Source: Thraustochytrium aureum (taxonomy: Eukaryota). Taken from it: 38,179 bases of DNA. The stretch lies in NCBI GenBank assembly GCA_012862495.1, contig BLSG01000056.1, positions 66,745 to 104,923 of the forward strand, written 5' to 3'. The translations under genes were made by a program, and so were the position numbers. Shown here piece after piece: positions 1 to 9,200 of this stretch (position 1 is the stretch's first letter; the number at the start of each line of letters is the position of its first letter). Under the pieces are notes generated by a model that worked only from the letters and a program-made list of their open reading frames with translations, ran no database searches and had not been told where the DNA came from.

Positions 1-360
1 GGCGCCTCACCGAGCAACGGGCGTCTCCCTCACACGATCCTGGCGCAGCCCTCAGTGGCTCGTAAGAGTGCGCGGCGTTCACCGTTCACTCAAGAGCCTC
101 CTCCGCCGCGCGCTCCCTCCCATCGTCCCAGGAGGGCCACGGCGCAGCGGGCCGCAGTTCACGCCGCTCCCCCCATCTGGGATCCTCCTCTTGACCGCGC
201 CCCTCGCCCTCGCTGTGAGAACGGCGTTCCCGTCCGTTCAAGAGCGGCCCTTTCCGCGGGTTTCTCGATCCTCGCACCTTACAACTACGTACTCAAGAGT
301 AGAAAACTGACGTGGTGTCTCCACCTTCTTTCGTACGAGTAGGTAGCGACTCACACGAGA

Positions 361-530
361 CAGGGGACAGAGAGAGAGAGGAGGGAGAGGAGGGAGAGAG
401 AGTTCGTTTTGTTAGAATGTGACTCTTAAATTTTTTAAAAATTATTTATTTTTTATTTTTTTTAACGTTTTTCGCAATGCGAGAGAGGAGGAAGGCAGGA
501 AAGAAGAGGGAGGAGGAAGGAGGGCTGCAG
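361..530. repeat. Low-complexity tract: (GA)n/GGGA purine run, T-rich stretch, second purine run
   Basis: agagagagaggagggagagg at 369-401; T-rich 401-472; gagagaggaggaagg at 481-524. Confidence 0.7.
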
Positions 531-998
531 GCATGCAAGCAAGCAAGCAGCATCGCATGCCACTCGTCGCCTCCGCCGCGCAGCGCAAGGAGACGCGCAC
601 GCACGAGCCGCCCGCGCCGTGCCAGGGCCGGCAGCTGGCTGGGGAGCGGAGGATTGCGCTGCCGCGTGCGGACGGTGCCGCCGCCTGGCGCGGTCTTGGC
701 TTTTGTCGTGGTTGTTGTTGTTGTGGAGGGCCTGCGCGCTGCGCGAAATTCAGGGCCTGGAGGCGGCGCCACGCACGCACGGACGGCCTCGAGGCCCGAG
801 CCCCGCGGACGGCCACTCGCGGCGCGGCTGCTCGAGCGATTTGCCGTGGACAGATCCGGCCGTGGTCAAGTGGCGCGCGCAAGCTGCTGACGCGGAGGGA
901 AGAAGGCGCACGCGCGGCAAGGGGATCCCCAGGGGACCTGAGTCGGCCGCTCGTCGGCCAGCGGCCGGGCGCTGCCGCTGCGGCAACGAGCCAAGCCG

Positions 999-2946
999 GT
1001 GGACGTGGATGATATCGAGCCGAACGTGAGCGGCGGCGAACCTGCGAGCGCAGACCGAAAGATGGGCAGGAAACTGACCGCTGTTGCCCCAGACACAAGG
1101 CGCGCCAACGAACCGCAGCCGCGCGCAGGCGGCAAACGACAGCGGGCCGAGATGCAAAGGGAAGAACCGATGCCGTTGCATAGCCAGTCGGCCGTCTTAA
1201 ACCTCCTTCGGCAGTCGAGTATGGGCCAAGTCGGCCCGAAAGTGCCAAATGTCCACGTCGGGACCCTCCGCACATTTCGGACCGCGCCAGCCGGGCTCGG
1301 TCCACAGCCCATGCAGCAGCTTTTCCTGCCACCTTACCGGCCTGACGGGGCCCTTTGGCCGTCATCGTCCTCATCACCTTCGTCGAACTTTGCGCCGCAG
1401 CACCGACCGGACCAACCGCAAACCGTGCAACTGCACCGAGAGCAGTACCTGCACGCTCTGCAGGAGAAACCAAACCCAGTTCAGCTGCATTCCGCGCAGC
1501 CCGAACCTGTCGAAGTCACGCAGGTCGTGCTCGGTGTCCTCGCCGAATTCGGCGGTTCAGACGACCGCCTAGTTGAAGCGGTGAGCACCGTCGCTCGCCG
1601 GGTGTACCGGATGGTCTCCATGCAGGCGCAGGGGAGGATACAGCAGCTCGAGTCCAAGCTGAGCGAGACGGAGCGCGAGCTCCAGGGCTACCGGCAAACG
1701 AAAGGCCTCGCGAGTTCCCAACACGTCGTGCCGCGGGATACGCAGCAACCGCAGCAGCAGCAGCAAGAGCAGCCANNNNNNNNNNNNNNNNNNNNNNNNN
1801 NNNNNNNNNNNNNNNNNNNNNNNNNNNNNNNNNNNNNNNNNNNNNNNNNNNNNNNNNNNNNNNNNNNNNNNNNNNNNNNNNNNNNNNNNNNNNNNNNNNN
1901 NNNNNNNNNNNNNNNNNNNNNNNNNNNNNNNNNNNNNNNNNNNNNNNNNNNNNNNNNNNNNNNNNNNNNNNNNNNNNNNNNNNNNNNNNNNNNNNNNNNN
2001 NNNNNNNNNNNNNNNNNNNNNNNNNNNNNNNNNNNNNNNNNNNNNNNNNNNNNNNNNNNNNNNNNNNNNNNNNNNNNNNNNNNNNNNNNNNNNNNNNNNN
2101 NNNNNNNNNNNNNNNNNNNNNNNNNNNNNNNNNNNNNNNNNNNNNNNNNNNNNNNNNNNNNNNNNNNNNNNNNNNNNNNNNNNNNNNNNNNNNNNNNNNN
2201 NNNNNNNNNNNNNNNNNNNNNNNNNNNNNNNNNNNNNNNNNNNNNNNNNNNNNNNNNNNNNNNNNNNNNNNNNNNNNNNNNNNNNNNNNNNNNNNNNNNN
2301 NNNNNNNNNNNNNNNNNNNNNNNNNNNNNNNNNNNNNNNNNNNNNNNNNNNNNNNNNNNNNNNNNNNNNNNNNNNNNNNNNNNNNNNNNNNNNNNNNNNN
2401 NNNNNNNNNNNNNNNNNNNNNNNNNNNNNNNNNNNNNNNNNNNNNNNNNNNNNNNNNNNNNNNNNNNNNNNNNNNNNNNNNNNNNNNNNNNNNNNNNNNN
2501 NNNNNNNNNNNNNNNNNNNNNNNNNNNNNNNNNNNNNNNNNNNNNNNNNNNNNNNNNNNNNNNNNNNNNNNNNNNNNNNNNNNNNNNNNNNNNNNNNNNN
2601 NNNNNNNNNNNNNNNNNNNNNNNNNNNNNNNNNNNNNNNNNNNNNNNNNNNNNNNNNNNNNNNNNNNNNNNNNNNNNNNNNNNNNNNNNNNNNNNNNNNN
2701 NNNNNNNNNNNNNNNNNNNNNNNNNNNNNNNNNNNNNNNNNNNNNNNNNNNNNNNNNNNNNNNNNNCTTCTTCTGCTTGCCGCAAAGTATGGTAAAGACT
2801 GGGCGACGATCGCTGCAGAGATGCCAAAGCGCACGAAGAACGCGATCAAGACGAGGCTCAAGCAATTACAGTCTCAGGGCTTACCCAGTCGCGATTTCCC
2901 CCGGACGCCAGCCCTCCCTGCGGGGGCCTGGCCAGAGCCCGGATAG
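999..2946 (+). CDS. Myb/SANT-domain protein (probable transcription factor) with Q/P-rich N-terminal region; middle lies in a gap
   Basis: 5' ORF (GTG 999, first in-frame ATG 1062) is Q/P-rich up to the gap. After the gap, the frame starting at 2767 reads LLLLAAKYGKDWATIAAEMPKRTKNAIKTRLKQL, a typical Myb repeat, and stops at TAG 2944-2946. The start is uncertain, and a frameshift near 2878 could extend the C-terminus to 3220. Confidence 0.7.
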
Positions 2947-3684
2947 CAACCACTCGCCTCGCGCGAAACCTTCCGTGAAGCAATCGCCTCGCATGCCTGC
3001 ATACGCTGCAGAGAGCCCGGCTGCGCAGCCCAACGCCCGGCCTGGCTTTGAACCGGCGGCCAGCTCTGCACAGGATGCGAGCCTCGGGCACCACAGCCCT
3101 CCGCAGCACCTGCCGTGCGCGCCTAGCAGCTCGCCTCCGCCCGCACATGGATATTCCAAGGCGGGCGGGGTTGGCACGTCCAGCGGCGCAACGGATCAGG
3201 CAGAAACAGGAGCGCCATAGCCGTGGCGGCTCTTGGCTGCCGCAAACGCCAGCATGCGGCCGGCGTTCTCGGGCGCCTCTGTCGATGTCGACGCCCCAAA
3301 GACGGCGTGGTAGGGTCCTACAGAGCAAACAAACACAACTGATCTGCAAACACGTATCACTTGCTGTCCACGCACTCGTTGAACGAGAGTCCGCATCCTT
3401 TCGAGCTGGGCGCGCATGCAAGCAGCCCCGGGAAGGCGTCTCCCACAGCACGAGAGGCAGCGCGCGGACAGCTCGGCTGCACGTGGCTGACGAGGCACGG
3501 CCCAAAACGTCTCGATCAAGATCGCGCGATCCCCAACAAACGTTGAGTGAGGGGCGAGGCTGGAAGGCTGCCCCCTTGACCTCGGCCTCGACCGTCGCGG
3601 GACGGAAACTCGGTGCGAAGTCCGGTAGATCGCCTGCAGTTTGCGAATGCCCGCTCTGCCCGCGACATCTTGCGGATATCTTTC

Positions 3685-5265
3685 TCAGCGCGCCAGGCGA
3701 GACCCACTCTCTTCAAGTGGCGGCGGGCTTGGTTTGGGCGTCGGAGCGCGGGTGGAAGCGCCAGCGCCTTCCTCTGGACCACCGTAGCCCAGCAAGGCCT
3801 CAAACTCGTCGGTAAATCGGTCGCGCTCTGCGATCCCAAACTCTGTCGGCACGGCTTCCACAAACGCCTCGCGAACCTCCGCAATAAAGTAGTCGCGCAG
3901 CGCGGCGTCCGAGCACCCGTCCAAAAACGAACGAAACGCCGCCACATCGAACTCTGCGGCCCCCAAGACGACCTGGTCCATCAGGGCCTTTCCTGCGACC
4001 GCAAAGCAGCTCCTCTGCAGCGTTTGGTTCTCGTAGGTCGCCGCGAGCTCAAGCCACTCGTTCACGTTCGCCTCGTGGATGAGCCCGCGGCGCTCCAGGC
4101 AGCCCACGACAAAGTCGCACAGCCTCGGCAAGATGCACTGCGTCGCCATGTCGAAGAGCGCAATCAAGTCTTGCAAGGCGGTGGCCTCAACATCGGCGGA
4201 GGAAGCAACCCCGTCGTTGGGGGCAAATAGCAACTCCTCGCATCCTGGCCCGTCAGTGTAGAGGAAGAGCAAGCAGGCCTGCACAACCCGAAAAGGAAAC
4301 GCCTGGACCACCGCAGGCTCGCAGAAGGCCTCGATGTTTGAATCGGAAAACAGAGCCGCAAAGTACGGGCACCTCGCGCAGACAAGACCCAAGTGCACCG
4401 GAATCGCCCTGGAGCCGCACACGATGTCGAGGTCCCCAATGTCCCCCATAAGGAGGAAGGCGCGCCCGAAGTCGCGCGAAAACGTGTCCCGGCCCAGGGG
4501 CCGCAGCTTGACAAACCGATGCACCCGCTTGGGGCCTGCTCTAGTGACCAAGTCCCCGTTCACCCTCGCTGTGGCCGCCGTGGGCTTGGTCCGCACGTGC
4601 ACGAGCATGCGTTCGACGTCCACCGCACGCGCAAGTCCCGGCAAGCCAACACTCTTCGCGAGCGCGATCAGATCATCCGCGTCCGTGTCAGCGCAGTCCA
4701 GCGTGTCGCTGTAGCAGTATCGTAGCAAGGCCAATACAGCACCGGGCTTGGCCTTGACGTGAACTGGCTTTGAGCGGCGGAACCAAGCGCCCCCGCGCCG
4801 GAGGCGCCGTGCAAACCCAGGGAGCCTCGCAGCAAGGACCACCCGGTGGCACCGGAACGTGCGGCCCTGAGCCACAAGCTCAAAGTCGGCGCGTGCCTGA
4901 GTGTTAAGCATCCGGTACACTTCTTCCACGTGCTGAGACAGGACGAATGTGCGGCGCTGCGAGTACCGCTTCAGCAGGTGGCGGATCTCGTCGGTCAGCG
5001 CACCTAAAAGGCACCTGTCGCCGTCGAACGTGTCTTCTGCGCACGAGCTGCCCCGTTCGAGCAGGTACTCGGCCACGGCGTAGTGGCCGCAAAGGCAGGC
5101 GTAGAACAGCGCCGTCGCATCAAACGCGCGCTCGTTCACCAGCTCTGGCTGCGCCTCCACGAGCGTTTTGACGCGGTCGAGCTCGCCGGCTTTGGCTGCC
5201 CAGAAAATGTCCATTTCGTTCCAGTGCGGGCACCGCCGCCGCGCCGCGGGGTCTGCGTCGGCCAT
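3685..5265 (-). CDS. ABTB1: Ankyrin repeat and BTB/POZ domain protein (ABTB1/BPOZ-like Cullin3 adaptor)
   Basis: N-terminal ankyrin repeats (DIFWAAKAGELDRVKTLVE, FDATALFYACLCGHYAVAEYLLERG, TFDGDRCLLGAL) followed by two BTB domains (ADFELVAQGRTFRCHRVVLAAR; DLDIVCGSRAIPVHLGLVCARCPYFAALF); ATG at 5265. Confidence 0.85.
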   Translation of the reverse strand: MADADPAARRRCPHWNEMDIFWAAKAGELDRVKTLVEAQPELVNERAFDATALFYACLCGHYAVAEYLLERGSSCAEDTFDGDRCLLGALTDEIRHLLKRYSQRRTFVLSQHVEEVYRMLNTQARADFELVAQGRTFRCHRVVLAARLPGFARRLRRGGAWFRRSKPVHVKAKPGAVLALLRYCYSDTLDCADTDADDLIALAKSVGLPGLARAVDVERMLVHVRTKPTAATARVNGDLVTRAGPKRVHRFVKLRPLGRDTFSRDFGRAFLLMGDIGDLDIVCGSRAIPVHLGLVCARCPYFAALFSDSNIEAFCEPAVVQAFPFRVVQACLLFLYTDGPGCEELLFAPNDGVASSADVEATALQDLIALFDMATQCILPRLCDFVVGCLERRGLIHEANVNEWLELAATYENQTLQRSCFAVAGKALMDQVVLGAAEFDVAAFRSFLDGCSDAALRDYFIAEVREAFVEAVPTEFGIAERDRFTDEFEALLGYGGPEEGAGASTRAPTPKPSPPPLEESGSRLAR

Positions 5266-5827
5266 CCCGCCTCCGAGCGCGCGCGCAGCGAGGCGTCTCA
5301 CGCCGGTTGCAGTGGCCTAGCCTGCCGCGCTCGACAGGCAGGCGACACGCAGGTGTCGAGCGCCCTCTTTTTTCGTTGCGTCCCCGCCCTGTGCGCGTTT
5401 CAGCCTGTCGCGGAGTGCTTGAGCGTGCGCGTCCTAGTCTGCGCGATTCTGCACGGCGCCTGCCCGGGCCGAGCGAGCGCTCTTGCGAGAGTTTCACTTG
5501 CGCGTTCTTGCAGGTCTGCTCTGCGTCCGTGCGCGTCTCCAAGAGCAGCGCTCGCTGTTGCGGCAGAGTACTCCACGTACCGCGTCTACTGCCGCAGTTC
5601 ACGGGCAAGCGAGTGGTGCCAGCTCGAGCTCGAGCTCTGGGGAGAGCAGTCGTTGCGCTGTGGAGAGTCAGGCACGCACTCGGCAGTGTGACTTTGCTCC
5701 GAGCGAGTGACTCTTGTCAAGATGATCATGTTTCGCGGGTGTTGCACGAGTGAGTAGCAAGAGATTTTTATGTTAGGCGATCGCCCCCTGCGAGCACCAG
5801 ATGGTCAAAGACACCTGGTGTTGTGAG

Positions 5828-5899
5828 GGGTCAATAGCTCAGGAGTAGAGCTTTCGATTGCAGTTCGAATGGTCACCGGTGCGAATCCGGTTTGGCCCT
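5828..5899 (+). tRNA. trnC-GCA: tRNA-Cys (anticodon GCA), intronless
   Basis: Cloverleaf: acceptor GGGTCAA/TTGGCCC; D-arm GCTC-AGGAGTA-GAGC; anticodon arm TTCGA-TTGCAGT-TCGAA; T-arm ACCGG-TGCGAAT-CCGGT; discriminator U73 (Cys identity element); oligo-T follows. Confidence 0.93.
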
Positions 5900-5907
5900 T
5901 ACAAGCG

Positions 5908-5919
5908 TTTCTTTTTTTT
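5908..5919 (+). terminator. RNA polymerase III oligo-T terminator of tRNA-Cys
   Basis: TTTCTTTTTTTT starts 9 nt after the tRNA 3' end. Confidence 0.75.
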
Positions 5920-5934
5920 GATGGTTTTTGTTTT

Positions 5935-6206
5935 TGTCAGAACTGAGTCCGCCCTATTGCAGATGGTCGCGCAGATGGCATTCGAGTTCGTCCTGCGCGC
6001 AGATGGATCATGGTACTTCGTCACGAAAGGACCCGTTTTGGCGACGGCCCCGCGCAGACAGACAAATGTTGTCAGAACGGAAACCTACTCGCTCGCAGAT
6101 GGTCGCGCAGATGGCATTCGAGTTCGTCCTGCGCGCAGATAGATCATGGTAGAGTAGTCACGAAAGGGCCCGTCTTGGCGATGGCCCCGCGCAGACAGAC
6201 AAATGT
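5935..6206. repeat. Tandem duplication of a ~135-bp unit (2 copies)
   Basis: Copies 5935-6069 and 6070-6206 both begin TGTCAGAAC and share GCAGATGGTCGCGCAGATGGCATTCGAGTTCGTCCTGCGCGCAGAT...GTCACGAAAGG...GGCCCCGCGCAGACAGACAAATGT. Confidence 0.9.
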
Positions 6207-6262
6207 GTAGGTACAATTGTGCAGGTATGCTATGTACATTTGCTCCGTCTTGCGGTCAGCAT

Positions 6263-9200
6263 TCAGGTCGACGAGGCGGGGGGAGTCGTGCGGTGACTCG
6301 GGTCCGAGACCTTGGCTCGGCGCCTGAACGAGGAACGCGCAGAGTCCCACTCACGACGATCGAGCGCCTGCGCGACCTGCACTGCTGCAGGGCGCAAGGA
6401 TCGGTCTCCTTCCCAGCACACGCGCACGAGATCAAAGAGCCAAGGCGGAAAGTGGTCAGTCTGCGTGAGCGCCGGACGCGTTCCTTTCAAAGTGGCAATC
6501 ATGATCGCCATCCCGGCCTGCCCCTTGTACGGCTTGCGCCGCTCGACGAGCTCGCCGAGCAAAATCCCGAGCGAAAAGATGTCGCTTTTGTAAGAGACCT
6601 GCGCTGGCGCACTGGCGAGCTCCGGGGCCATGTAGGCCGGCGTGCCGCCTGCCGCGTCGTCAAGCACTGTCGTTCCCGTCTCGAGCTTGGCCATGCTCAT
6701 TCCAAAGTCGCAGAGCTTGACCTGTGTGATGCCGTCCTTGAGCAAGACGTTTTGCGGCTTGACGTCTCGGTGAACGACCAAGTTGCTGTGCAGGTAGGCC
6801 AAACCCTGCGCGATGCCGTGGCCCACCTGACACACGACGTCCAGGTCGACCGCGTGGCGGGCACCACGGCTCGAGTAAAGGTACTTGTCCAGAGACATGT
6901 CACACAGCTCCATGACAAAGCACATCTGCTCGCGCTCATGGTCAAAGCTAAAGCTCGACCCAAACAGACGCACAATGTTGCGGTGGTGCAGCATGCGCCA
7001 GCGGTGCAACTCGGACGAAAACTCGAGAAAAGCCGGCACAGCCAGCCCCGCCTTCGGCCCCGACGTCGGCGCAATCACCTTGATGGCAACAGCTCGGCCG
7101 CGCCAGCGCCCCTTGGCGACCGTGCCGAACGCGCCGCGCCCGAGGATGCCCTCAAACTTGAGCTCCTCGAACGGGATGGCGCCCCGCATCGAGGTCTGAC
7201 GCCCGCGCCCGCGCGCGCTCAGCAGCGAGCTCTGCGTGAGCACGTCCATGGCCTGGCTCACCGCGTCCGTGCTTGGGCTCTCCGGGNNNNNNNNNNNNNN
7301 NNNNNNNNNNNNNNNNNNNNNNNNNNNNNNNNNNNNNNNNNNNNNNNNNNNNNNNNNNNNNNNNNNNNNNNNNNNNNNNNNNNNNNNNNNNNNNNNNNNN
7401 NNNNNNNNNNNNNNNNNNNNNNNNNNNNNNNNNNNNNNNNNNNNNNNNNNNNNNNNNNNNNNNNNNNNNNNGCGGACTCGGCCCGCATACTGCGTCTCCA
7501 CGAAGGCAGTCAAATATGAGCTGCGCGGTGGCAGGGCCGGCCGGCCGAGCCCGCTCTCAAGCCGGCTCACGGCCGCCTCAAGCTGCCAGACAGAGTCGAG
7601 TACAGCCAGGTCCAGCTTGCGCTGCAAGAGTATCCGGTGCAAGTCAAGGCCCAAGTCAGCCTCCGCGTCCAGAGCAGCGACCGTGTCGCTTTCCGCTGTG
7701 AATGACGCCAGTGCAAGCGACGCTTCACCCTCTGCGGCCTCCACCGCTGGCCCTTCCTCGCCTGCGCAGAGGCTCACCGCGTTGCCCGTCTGAGTAAGCA
7801 TCGTGTCTAGTTCGAGGAACACCTCGCTCCCTCCCTCGAGGTCGCGGTGCTCCATGACCGCATCGAGGCGCCCAATGAGCGACAGAACACAACCGAGAAT
7901 CTTGCGGCGCGCGGGCAGCCCCTTGGCCTCGATGGACTCCACAAGGCGCTCCAAGCTTCGAGCTGTTGAAAGGGCCAGCGAGGCCGCGGTACTCGCGCGC
8001 TCGTCCAGGCCTTGGCCCCACGAAAAGAGGCTGCTCGCGCGTCGCCGCTCCACCTGGCCCTCGCCATCGGCGTCGCCTGAGGGCTCGGCAGGCGCCATGT
8101 CATGCTGCTCCCGCAAGTGGGCTCCCTTCGGCGGCAGCGGGGGCGCAACGGAGCCCGCGTCACTCCCCTCCGTCTCCTTGGCCTCACCCTCTGCGCTGTG
8201 CGAGTTGGTCAGCGCAGTCAACAGTTTGCTTGGCTTTGGCGGAAGCGGCGGCACCGGGCTAAGCGGCAGGCGCAGCAGCGACCGCGGCTTGGGCGGTAGC
8301 GGCGGCAAGTCCTCCGCCACCGCGTCCTTGCCGGCAGCGAGGAAGCCGTCGCGCACAGTGCCGCTCCGCCACGTGGAGTCGTTGCTTGGGTAGCGCACCC
8401 CAACGCCAGCGAGGTCGGCATTGTAGATAAAACTCTCTACGACCATGTCGGCCGAAAGGTTGAGCTGCGCCGCCAGCCGCTCCACATTCGCGGTTGGAAC
8501 AACCATCATGTTCGCGCTGGCCTGCGAGTGCATGCAGAGGTACCGACGCGATTTGAGGGAACCGATCACCCTCTGCATAACCGCATTCGTGATCTCGGAA
8601 ACAAGCCTCTCTTCTTCCTCCGGCTCGACACCCTTGCGCACCGGCACCGTCTCGTCCGCGTTTGTCGTCACCCACGGATGGCTCAGTAGTTGATCAACTG
8701 AGGGCCGATCGCTCGGATCGAATCGCAGCGCGCTCTTGAGGAATTCGCGTAGCGGTCGCGAGATGCGGAAGAACGTCTCGTACGGCGCGTTGTACTTCTC
8801 CGGGGTCGGGAACGGGACCTCCGATGGCAGGTCGAGCGGATTGCACGATTCTGCCAGGAGGTCGAGCAAAGCGGCTACAGTTCTCTCGCGCTCCGCCGTG
8901 ACCCTGTTGGATTGGCCCTGATCGTGGTTGCCGTCGCCGCCGCCCCCTTGCTCGATGCCCATATCGAACGAGACGGGCGGGCCATGCGTTGGACCTTATC
9001 CGCAAAGGGGTTTCGCCCGAGCAGCGCGACCAGAATGGCCATTGCAAGCGACCAGACGTCCGACGCGGGAACGGCAGGCTCGCCGCGCAGCTGTTCGGGG
9101 CTCTGGTAGGGGACGTCGCCCTCCAAGTTTGGTCGCGTCTCCTGCGTGCGCCAGGCCCCGTACAGGCCAAAGTCGCCTAGCTTGACGCTGCCGTCCGTCT

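Noticed and set aside
313..401. LTR-retrotransposon primer-binding site (TGGTGTCTCC, tRNA-Val-like) plus polypurine tract
   Set aside because: Not preceded by an LTR ending in CA; no second LTR and no gag/pol sequence in the window.
419..1473. Long overlapping ORFs 419-1012 (+) and 442-1473 (-)
   Set aside because: Low-complexity Arg/Ala-rich shadow frames typical of high-GC DNA; no recognisable domains.
2944..3313. Stop-codon reassignment or TAG read-through suggested by successive TAG-ended frames
   Set aside because: Conserved genes here end normally with TAG, TGA or TAA, and no in-frame stop interrupts a conserved domain.
5935..6206. CRISPR array or hammerhead ribozyme in the tandem repeat
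   Set aside because: Only two long near-identical units with no unique spacers and no cas genes, in a eukaryotic context; no CUGANGA/GAAA hammerhead core in the correct arrangement.
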